Shown here piece by piece: positions 1 through 7,793 of a stretch of 13,851 bases of DNA. Numbering within the stretch: position 1 is the first letter of the stretch; every line of letters starts with the position of its first letter. A program made the position numbers and the translations under genes. The notes under the pieces are model-generated. The model was not told where the DNA came from. It made no database searches and saw nothing but the letters and a program-made list of their open reading frames with translations. Where the stretch lies: NCBI RefSeq assembly GCF_006345805.1, contig NW_021825987.1, positions 1 through 13,851 of the forward strand, given 5' to 3'. The DNA comes from Octopus sinensis. Taxonomy: Eukaryota.

Positions 1-200
1 CCTGAGCATTGCTTGACAACCGATGCTGGGTGTTTTACGTCCCCGTCACTTAGCAGTTCGGCAAAAAGAGACCGATAGAATAATACTGGGCTTACAAAGA
101 ATAAGTCCCCGGGTCGATTTGGCTCGACTAAAGGCGGTGCTCCAGCAGGCCTCAGTCAAATGACTGAAACAACTAAAAGAGTAGAAGAGAGTAAAGAGAG
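1..200 (+). mobile_element. tRNA-derived SINE, 3' half (truncated by window start)
   Basis: Near-identical to ~11537-11720 (gcttgacaaccgatgctgg...ctaaaggcggtgctccagca...cagtcaaatgactgaaac), ending in an A/G-rich tail (aaagagtagaagagagtaaagagag). Confidence 0.9.
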
Positions 201-202
201 TT

Positions 203-660
203 GAATCTTCATTAAGAACTTATTCTGATTCTAACAGTGGTTAGAAAAGCCTTACCAGTGGTATGGTTAGGAATTAGAAGTGCTGTTAAAGAAAATTTAC
301 AATATTCTCCTGCTGAACTCTTGTACGGAACAACATAACTCTACCTGGTCAAATGTTCGAAGAAACCAATTCTTTTAATGGAGATGTTAAGGATTAATGT
401 AACTCGTCTAGGAGATTTTCTTACTGTTATTCCTTCTTTTACAAGAAAATTGCAAAATGTTAAAAGTTTTGTTCCTTCTGATACAAATTCTTGGACACAT
501 GTATTTGTACGTAATGATGCTGCTGATAATTCACTGAAATATAAATACACTGGACCTTTTAAAGTATTGTCAGTTAGAGACAAAACTATGACTTTGGAGA
601 TGAATGGTAAAAAAGAGATTATCAGTGTAGATAGAGTGAAAAAAGCTTATTTCGACCAAT
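203..660 (+). pseudogene. Ty3/Gypsy LTR-retrotransposon pol fragment: integrase core end and GPY/F C-terminal module, frameshifted
   Basis: Manual translation across frameshifts: ESSLRTY..WLE.ALPVVWLGIRSAVKENLQYSPAELLYGTT/TLPGQMF, then ORF 378-785 gives THVFVRNDA...YTGPFKVL...ISVDRVKKAY. This matches the Gypsy integrase pattern LPxVLLGIR..SPAELxYG..LPG, the GPY/F motif and VSIDRLKPA. The ORF tail after ~665 is (GGT)n read-through. Confidence 0.88.
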
Positions 661-667
661 ATTCATG

Positions 668-1332
668 TCATGGTGGTGGTGGTTCTGGTGGTGGTGGTGG
701 TGGTGGTGGTAGTGGTGGTGGTAGAGGTGATGATGGTGGTCATGGTGGGTGTTGGTCGTGGTCGTGGTCATGGCGATGGTGGTAGTGATTGTAGTGGTGG
801 TAGTTTTGGTGGTGGTTATTGTGTTGGTGGTTGTTGTGGTGTTGGTGATGGTGGTTGTGGGGATGGTGGTGGTGTGCGGTGGTGGTGGTTGTGGTGGTGG
901 TTGTGGTGGTGTGCAATGATGATGGTGGCGATTGTCTTGGTGGGTGTTCGTGGTGGTAGCGGTGCTGGTGGTGGTTGTGGTGGTTGTGGCGGTTGTCTTA
1001 GTAGTGGTAGTGGTCGTGGTGGTGGTGGTCGTCGTGGTACTCGTAGTCGCGGTCGTGGTGGTGGTCGTGGTTGTGGGTGTGGTGGTTGTGGTGGTGGTGG
1101 TGGTGGTAGTTTTGGTGGTGGTGGTGGTTATTGTGTTAGTGGTTGCGATGGTGTTGGTGATGGTGGTTGTGGTGATGGTGGTGGTGTGCAGTGATGATGG
1201 TGGCGATTGTCTTGGTGGGTGTTCGTGGTGGTAGCGGTGCTGGTGGTCGTGGTTGTGGGTGTGGTGGTTGTGTTGGTGGTGGTGGTGGTGGTGGTGGTAG
1301 TGGTGGTGGTGGTGGTGGTGGTGGTGGTGATA
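668..1332. repeat. Degenerate (GGT)n/(ACC)n low-complexity tract with an internal higher-order duplication
   Basis: GGT-dominated triplets. The block tagttttggtggt...gatgatggtggcgattgtcttggtgggtgttcgtggtggtagcggtgctggtggt occurs at ~801-972 and ~1107-1247. Confidence 0.9.
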
Positions 1333-1440
1333 ATGACGCAGATGAACGTTATTATGATCAAACTTGAGACTAATAAATATTTCTGACACCACTAAATATT
1401 ACAGTTTTATTATTTCCGTCCATAAACGTATAATTTGTAT

Positions 1441-1562
1441 CTATATATACACGGACATATGTGTGTATATGTGTGTCAGTGTGTCCCCGTGTCTGTGTCT
1501 GTGTCTGTGTGTATGCTCCGGCGTTCCTATATACGATGTATGTGCATAAACACCACACACAC

Positions 1563-1611
<49 letters not shown>

Positions 1612-1621
1612 TATATATATA
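1441..1621. repeat. Compound (TG)/(TGTGTC)/(CA)/(TA) microsatellite
   Basis: Direct inspection; pure (TA)n at ~1578-1621. Confidence 0.9.
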
Positions 1622-1770
1622 GAATAACTCTTTTTTTGTATCACCTAACTGTCTGGATGTTTTGCGTTCTTGTCCCATTTTTGTATTTTTTATATATGAA
1701 AAAATATAGCGACGTACGTACACTTTGGTCTCTTATATGTAATTTTCTCTCCGTGTTTCTTTTCTGTGTA

Positions 1771-1808
1771 TCTTTCTGTTGAAGGGCGTAGGCTCGAAAC
1801 GTAAAAGA
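1771..1808 (+). ncRNA. Minimal type I hammerhead ribozyme motif (A6U core variant, probably impaired)
   Basis: Stem I TCTTT 1771-1775/AAAGA 1804-1808; core CTGTTGA 1776-1782; stem II GGGC-gtag-GCTC 1784-1795; GAAAC 1796-1800; palindromic stem III ACGT; NUH = GUA, with cleavage predicted after 1803. Confidence 0.7.
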
Positions 1809-1947
1809 CTTGTTTTATTTATATTCCTGAGCGCCATACTAATACAATTGTTTGTTTGTATTCCACCTACCTTCGTCTTTTGTTTATTTTCATAAAGCTT
1901 CCCGTTATATATATATATAGGAAGGTTTGGAGATGATGTACAGGAAC

Positions 1948-1998
1948 TTAGTTCGATTTGAAAACCCCACTAGAATGGGAGAAAGCGCTAATAATTGA
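1948..1998 (+). ncRNA. Degenerate minimal type I hammerhead motif (U3-A8 core variant)
   Basis: Core TTGAAAA 1958-1964; stem II (C)CCCA-ctagaa-TGGG(A) 1965-1980; GAAA 1981-1984; palindrome AGCGCT 1984-1989; NUH = CUA at 1990. Stem I is imperfect (ttagtt[cg]at/ataattga). Confidence 0.5.
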
Positions 1999-2161
1999 TC
2001 TTAGTTATATGATGTATAAAAACATGTAATATATAAATAAATATCTGTAAATATAAAACCATCCGAATTTCTGAGTACCTCATTTCTTCTAATATGTATA
2101 TATATATATATAAATTTTGTACGACTTTATTCTTCTATTCTTTCATTCTTTCCTTCTTTCT

Positions 2162-2515
2162 ATCAGCCCCTTCACACTTCGTTCATTCCACTCTTCGTTC
2201 TTTCGATAGACACAATTTCTTTCCCTCAACAGGCTCTGCTCTATTTAACAATGTCCTAGAAAAAATCAAAGAAAGAGATCCCGTCACCTTTAAACGGAAT
2301 CTGAACAAATTTCTTCAAGAGATACTAGTTAGGCCACCTATAACCTGGATACAACTCACTCAACAACAACTCCCTACTAGAATGGGCCATAATACCAATA
2401 AAGCTGACTTTAAAAGGATTTAGCTAATCCTATCAGGTGGTGTTATTAAGTTAGACATGACCTGGACCAATCTTTGCTCGAAATATATCCAAGTAATATA
2501 TTTATATATAAGTAA
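2162..2515 (+). mobile_element. CR1-type LINE 3' fragment (end of ORF2 plus 3' UTR and tail)
   Basis: Peptide RHNFFPSTGSALFNNVLEKIKERDPVTFKRNLNKFLQEI, then after a frameshift near 2345 PGYNSLNNNSLLEWA. This resembles the CR1 ORF2 C-terminus (GPxLFNxLP..FKxxLDxFL..P..PGY..NSL). It is followed by a short 3' UTR ending in repeated aagtaatata. Confidence 0.75.
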
Positions 2516-2525
2516 TATATATATA

Positions 2526-2695
2526 GTTTTTCCTTGGGGTTGGCCAGATTGGAGCAATCTCAAGATTAATCAGCCGAAATTGCGAGGAGGATCTGGTTCT
2601 TGACTGAAGATTAGAGTCTGCGAAAGACCCGTCCGTGTTTTTTGAATCGTCTATTTGAAGGTTTTGCGTTCTTGTCCCATTTTGTATTTATATTT
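2526..2695 (+). repeat. Short interspersed repeat module between (TA)-rich tracts; its 3' part is also present at ~1630-1697
   Basis: gttttgcgttcttgtcccatttt(t)gtattt is shared by ~2661-2689 and ~1659-1688, each preceded by a T-run and followed by a TA-rich run. Confidence 0.6.
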
Positions 2696-2710
2696 ATATA
2701 TATATATATA

Positions 2711-3130
2711 TACTTTTATTTTTTTACTCCTTTACTTTTGGTTTTTGGTTTCAGTCATTTGATTGCGGCTATCCTTGAGCATCGTCTTTAGCCGAAAAAA
2801 TCGACCCCAGGACTTATTCTTTGTAAGTCTAGTACTTATTCTATCGGTTCCTTTTGCTAAAATGTTAAGTTACAGGGACGGAGTTACACCGACATCGGTT
2901 GTCAAGCGATGGTGGGGCGACAAGCACAGACACACACACATACAAACACTTATATGTACATATATTCGACGGGCTTCTTTCAGTTTCCGTCCACCAAGTC
3001 AACTCACAAGGCTTTCGTCAGTACGAGGCTATAGTAAAAGACACTTGCCCAAGGTGCAACGCAGTGAGACCGAACCCGGAACCATGTGGTTGAGAAGCTA
3101 GCTTCTTACCACTCAGCCGCTCCTGTGCCT
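2711..3130 (-). mobile_element. Full-length tRNA-derived SINE, older diverged copy
   Basis: Reverse complement aligns along its length with 11332-11728. A-box-like CGGCTGAGTGG (3119-3109), B-box-like GGTTCGGTCTC (3076-3066), ccttgggcaagtgtctt central motif, internal (TG/TA) microsatellite and the same 3' tail. Confidence 0.92.
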
Positions 3131-3166
3131 CACCTGTCTTTGTCTTTTGTTTTTTTCGTAAACTCT

Positions 3167-3169
<3 letters not shown>

Positions 3170-3227
<58 letters not shown>
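3170..3227. repeat. (TA)n microsatellite
   Basis: Pure TA dinucleotide run. Confidence 0.95.
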
Positions 3228-3228
<1 letters not shown>

Positions 3229-3545
3229 GTATAAGAAGGGATGACTACTAAGTGGACATCCAATATGCTAGAAGATCATCTACGATCTAACCACCAAAAA
3301 AAAGAATGTTCTCTAGATAAATTCAGGAAACACCAGAACAAAAGCGGGTAAGACACATGAAAATATACAAAATAAAGAATTAATCGTAGACCGGTTTCGC
3401 CAATAACTATTTTACTTACTGTGGCTCTTCAGTACAACCGTTCTAATTCAATATCATATGTCGAACTATATACGAGCTGTCCTCATAAAATTAGACGTGT
3501 GTACAGTTCTACAGATAACATTGGGGTTACTTTCAAATGTCTCAG

Positions 3546-3550
<5 letters not shown>
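3228..3550 (-). mobile_element. Hammerhead-bearing PLE pseudo-LTR-like or non-autonomous module bounded by (TA)n
   Basis: ~320-bp non-microsatellite island between two pure (TA)n tracts, containing an intact minimal hammerhead. No ORF. PLE assignment is inferred from the ribozyme type. Confidence 0.55.
3382..3439 (-). ncRNA. Minimal type I hammerhead ribozyme with canonical core
   Basis: Minus strand reads ggTTGTA CTGAAGA GCCA-(19 nt)-TGGC GAAA CCGGTC TACGAtt. Perfect CUGANGA and GAAA boxes, 4-bp stem II, stem I of 5-7 bp with G-U pairs, palindromic ACCGGT stem III, GUC cleavage after 3389. Confidence 0.88.

Positions 3551-3632
<82 letters not shown>
3551..3632. repeat. (TA)n microsatellite
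   Basis: Nearly pure TA run. Confidence 0.95.
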
Positions 3633-3633
<1 letters not shown>

Positions 3634-3758
3634 GTAGTAGTGTAGTAGTATCAGAAAAGAGGAATTTCGGTTGTCCTCACGTGGTGCATTGTAATGTATA
3701 TATAAGAAAATAAAAATGGAAACTACGCACCACTTACATGGTTATAGTATAATTTTAA

Positions 3759-3795
3759 TGTATCGACCGGTTTCGCAATCGCTATTCATGATACA
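3759..3795 (-). ncRNA. Minimal type I hammerhead ribozyme, A3-U8 core variant
   Basis: Minus strand reads TGTATC ATGAATA GC-gatt-GC GAAA CCGGTC GATACA. Perfect 6-bp stem I, 2-bp stem II, ACCGGT palindrome, GUC cleavage after 3765. Confidence 0.8.
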
Positions 3796-4070
3796 ATGTT
3801 TAATTTATATGAAAATATATTTTTCTTAAGAAGAAAATGGGTCCATGTTGTTTATAATGTGATTCACGAGTGAATGATTTTACAAGTTGACAAGTAAAGG
3901 GAGATAATTGGTTGTTATTATTGTCATTGTTGTGTGTAGGGGAGATAACTGTTTAGGTTTTGGGTGGGGAAAAAATATGTGTACAGAAAGGAGACAGGTT
4001 TAAAAAAGAGGGCCTTGTTTAGTAGGGGATTTATGTACAGTGTTGTAATATGTAAAAACATAAAAATTGG

Positions 4071-4411
4071 TTATGCGTGCTTACTCAGACGCGTTTTGTA
4101 TTTTTCAATGAAAAAAGTTTCTTTATTTAAGCGTTCTAGTTGAGAGATTGTGTCTTTGCACTGGTTAGAAAGGGAAGACTGTAAAATTTGGTTGATGTTA
4201 CCTGCACATTTTTCTATGTGTTCACAAAGAGGGATTTGTCTGTATTGCGGAAACGGATTTGCTCCTTATGCAGAGTAATTCTCTTCCTCAAATTAAACTC
4301 GTTTGTCCAATGTACTGATGACTGCAACCCGAGCAGGTTATTGCATAAATTAGGTTCTCAGAGGCACAGGTGAAACTAGTTTTAATTGTGAAACTCTGTC
4401 CTTGTTTGAAA
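4071..4411 (-). pseudogene. PLE GIY-YIG endonuclease domain, frameshifted (not in ORF track)
   Basis: Manual translation: FKQGQSFTIKTSFTCASENLIYAITCSGCSHQYIGQTS / LRKRITLHKEQI / RFPQYRQIPLCEHIEKCAGN / PNFTVFPF / QCKDTISQLERLNKETFFIEKYKTRLSKHA*. It has LIY..CxxC..YIG, the conserved R, two His of the CCHH motif and the conserved E; stop codon at 4073-4071. Confidence 0.88.
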
Positions 4412-5540
4412 TCTCTTATTATAAAAGGCAGATTTTATCTGCCTCCCTTTGGGAGTTATACAAATCTACAATATAGCATTTCTTCAATTACAATTTACCT
4501 AGCATTTTTAAGAGTACAATGCATCGCGTCATGCCAGGTCCAGTTTTTTAAATTTAAAACTCCATTAAGCAAAATTTACAGAAAACTCACATTCTGGTGT
4601 GTGTGTCAAATGCTTTTCTTAGTCTGGTTTACACCACACGCAAACGCACACACACAGTGTGCGACGAATAAAAATGAAAGTAAATAGCGACAGAGTGATT
4701 TGAGGAAGACTAAAGTGAAAGTATTTAAACCACTACTCAAAAAATAAAAAAACACAGCAAACAGAAACAAATAAATACACAATTTCTTGAATTAGAGTAC
4801 TTCAGTGGGTGATGCCATAAAAAATTTCTTTCAATTTACCACCAATTAAGACAAAATTCGAGAAAACTCAATATTTTAACATATCACTCGAAGCATTGAT
4901 GTACATGTGTGCGTGCGTGAGTGTGTGGGTGTCATTCCTCACACACACGCATACACTACATATACAACTACATACAACTACATACACATACAACTACATA
5001 CAAACACCGTGTGTTTGTTATTAGTAAAAAAGGCGCCAAAACTCAACTCACTTATCATTCCAACACATTTGCAAAGACACACGGACGCACAGAAAAGGTA
5101 AATTGGTTTTTATTTTACTCTGTATATATTTTATTATATAATATATTATATTAGATATATGTATATATAATTGCAGTATGAAACAGTGTTTATGTATAAA
5201 CAGAGACGACACTTATATATAGTTACCAAGCCGCCCGAATTTACCTATTCATATTTAAATGAGAATATCAGAGCAAATCTCTTTAGTACATTCGTGAAAC
5301 ACCGTATTATACTTCGTAAACACTTCAACTACAGTTTTGTACAAAAATCGAAGTGTAATTTTAATTCCGTGAATTATGGGAGATGTTTTTCCAAAATTTG
5401 TTCCTATTGTGTTTTCAAAATTTGTAATTCTGACAAAAAATGGATACGAATTTCATTATATCAAGCAGCGAGTCAGAATTCGAAGGATTTTCTACTGAAG
5501 ACCTTCATAAATCTAACTCTATGACTGAAAAAAAAAAGCA
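4412..5540 (+). mobile_element. Putative Helitron-like 5' segment (non-autonomous), truncating the PLE ORF
   Basis: PLE homology stops at A4411|TCTCTTATTATAAAAG, which resembles the 5' end at 5541 (TCTTTATATAAGAG). Subterminal hairpin AGGCAGAT-ttt-ATCTGCCT at 4426-4444. No separate hairpin+CTAG 3' end was found, so the right boundary is uncertain. Confidence 0.5.
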
Positions 5541-5930
5541 TCTTTATATAAGAGTGAAGTTGTGTGTCTGTCTCCTACGATTTAGATTCCTAACTACTCC
5601 CACATTTTGCGGTGCAGTTTAACCAAAAGCGGGTATCTTATAGTCGTGATTCATATCGAGCCCTTCTGGGTATTAGCGTGCGTCTACGATGAGTCCGATT
5701 TTTAAAAAAATTTACCATCATATTTTTCCCTTTTAATGCATTTTTTTCGCTTTTATATAAGGGAAGTAACTCTCTAAAAATATCTACGATGTGTCAACGA
5801 TTTTAAAAAAATTACCTTAATTTTTTTCAATTTTTTATGCATTTTTTGCTATTTTTTGGCTATAACTCTCTAAAAATGCTTATATATTTATTTCCCTTAC
5901 AACCCGAGCAACGCCGGGCGATTCTGCTAG
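5541..5930 (+). mobile_element. Non-autonomous Helitron, 390 bp
   Basis: A|TC 5' end at 5540/5541; GC-rich hairpin CCCG(a)GC-aac-GCCGGG at 5903-5918, 8 nt before CTAG 5927-5930, followed by T; no target-site duplication. Internal ~100-bp tandem duplication (tctacgatg...taactctctaaaaat at 5683-5782 and 5783-5877). Confidence 0.88.
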
Positions 5931-6061
5931 TATATATATAAAATTAGAAAGAAACCACCTTTCATCAATTTAAAATGAACAATTAAATTTCACCATCTAG
6001 AAAATTACATACAATAGAAATATTATTAAATTAAAATAACAATAAAATATCAATAAAATGT

Positions 6062-6063
<2 letters not shown>

Positions 6064-6131
<68 letters not shown>

Positions 6132-6153
6132 CACACACACATCCATACATACA
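6064..6153. repeat. (TA)n then (CA)n microsatellite
   Basis: Direct inspection. Confidence 0.95.
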
Positions 6154-6241
6154 CAAAAACAAGAAAACGATAAAAGTATATATATAAAACAAAAAGAATA
6201 AAAATGGAGAGAATCCCATCTTTAATTGATGATCACACAAT

Positions 6242-6358
6242 ATGGGACCGACGATCGTTTCCCTTGTCACAGCATATTTAGATACAGAAAAACGGCACTA
6301 AATACCAGTCAAAAATTATATGGCGTTTAACCACAAAAGGCTCTTTTAAATATCCCAT
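6242..6358 (-). ncRNA. Decayed type I hammerhead-like motif with long stem II insert
   Basis: Minus strand: ATGGGAT (6358-6352) pairs with GTCCCAT (6248-6242); GAAA followed by the 8-nt palindrome ACGATCGT (6258-6251) and GUC; CCTT/AAGG stem II. The CUGANGA box is degraded (ttaaaaga). Confidence 0.4.
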
Positions 6359-6362
6359 TTCT

Positions 6363-6390
6363 TGTGCGTGTGTGTGTGCGTGTGTGTGTG

Positions 6391-6421
<31 letters not shown>

Positions 6422-6436
6422 TGGGTGTGTGTGTGT
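6363..6436. repeat. (TG)n microsatellite
   Basis: Direct inspection. Confidence 0.95.
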
Positions 6437-6577
6437 AAAGAGAGAGGGAGAGAAAAAGGGAGCTAATTATTTATCTTTCACAGGCTTACATCATTTCTCT
6501 GTTAGCAGTTATATGGTCATAAAAGTCGATTCACTCAACCTAAATATCTACACGCATTCACACACAGCCATTCGAAC

Positions 6578-6859
6578 TACATGCATACATGCACACATAC
6601 ATACATTCTCACACACGTACGTACACACACACACATATTTATATGTATATATATCATGCATATATATATATTTATCCATATGCATATCCATACATAAACA
6701 TATATACATACGTGAATATACATATTACATATATATATACACACATATACATACATATATATACCTATATATATACATAATCTTATACATGTTTATACAT
6801 TGGTATATATATGCGTGTGTGGTGTGCGCGGCGGCGTAGGGTATACATATATATGTATA

Positions 6860-6890
<31 letters not shown>

Positions 6891-7000
6891 GTATGTATGT
6901 ATATATTATTATGTATGTATTATGTATGTATGAACGTATGTATGTATATATGTATATATGTATGTATGTATGTATGTATGCATGTATGTATATATGTATG

Positions 7001-7032
<32 letters not shown>

Positions 7033-7253
7033 CATGTATGTATGTATTATTATGTATGTATTATGTATGTATGAACGTATGTATGTATATATGTATGTAT
7101 GTATGTATGTATGCATGCATGTATGTATGTATATATGTATATATGTATGATTGTATGTATGTATGCATGTATGCATGTATGTATGTATGTATGCATGTAT
7201 GTATGTATGTATGTATATATGTATGTATGTATGTACGAATGTATGTATGTATG

Positions 7254-7284
<31 letters not shown>

Positions 7285-7320
7285 GTATATATGTATGTAT
7301 TATGTATGTATGTATGTAAG

Positions 7321-7354
<34 letters not shown>

Positions 7355-7470
7355 TGTATGTATGTATGTATGTATGTATGTATGTATGCATGTATGTATG
7401 TATGTATGCATGTATGTATGTATGTATGTATGTATATATGTATGTATGTATGTATGTGTGTGTGTGTGTG
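6578..7470. repeat. Compound (CA/TA) and long (TATG)n microsatellite
   Basis: (TATG)n from ~6890-7455. The variant block tattatgtatgtattatgtatgtatgaacgt recurs at 141-bp spacing (tgaacg at 6931 and 7072). Confidence 0.95.
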
Positions 7471-7674
7471 TAAAGTGACAGAAGATATGGAGAACCATTC
7501 TCATACAGATTTTGAATCCACATTTTGAGACAAAGAAATCGATGTTTTATTCATTTCCCTATCTCTTTAGTTTTTGGTTTTGGCGCCGAGAAGACCCAAA
7601 CGGAAAAGACGTCATTCGATCTGCGGCCCCCACGACAAATGCCCATGTGGGTAGTGCAAGGGAAACGGCGTCAA

Positions 7675-7737
7675 AGTTATTTCAAACCCGAAAAATTAAT
7701 ACATAAAAACATGATAATGCATTTGCATGCCTCTGTG

Positions 7738-7793
<56 letters not shown>

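Larger units (their letters stand above)
3633..4411 (-). mobile_element. Penelope-like retroelement 3' portion (GIY-YIG end, 3' UTR/pseudo-LTR with hammerhead)
   Basis: GIY-YIG remnant 4411-4071 is followed on the same strand by ~440 nt of non-coding DNA containing a minimal hammerhead (3795-3759) and ending at (TA)n. This is the known PLE layout. Confidence 0.82.

Noticed and set aside
622-1392. His/Thr/Val/Gly-rich ORFs (mucin-like or glycine-rich appearance)
   Set aside because: They are translations of a (GGT)n tract that is largely open in several frames on both strands; no signal peptide, domain or splice context.
2530-2635. CTGAAGA (2604-2610)...CGAAA and an upstream GGC...GCCGAAA resembling hammerheads
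   Set aside because: Could not build stem I, a palindromic stem III and an NUH site consistently; at most a heavily decayed relic, so not called.
5171-5524. 117-aa ORF
   Set aside because: Non-ATG start, AT-rich composition and no Rep/helicase or other recognisable motif.
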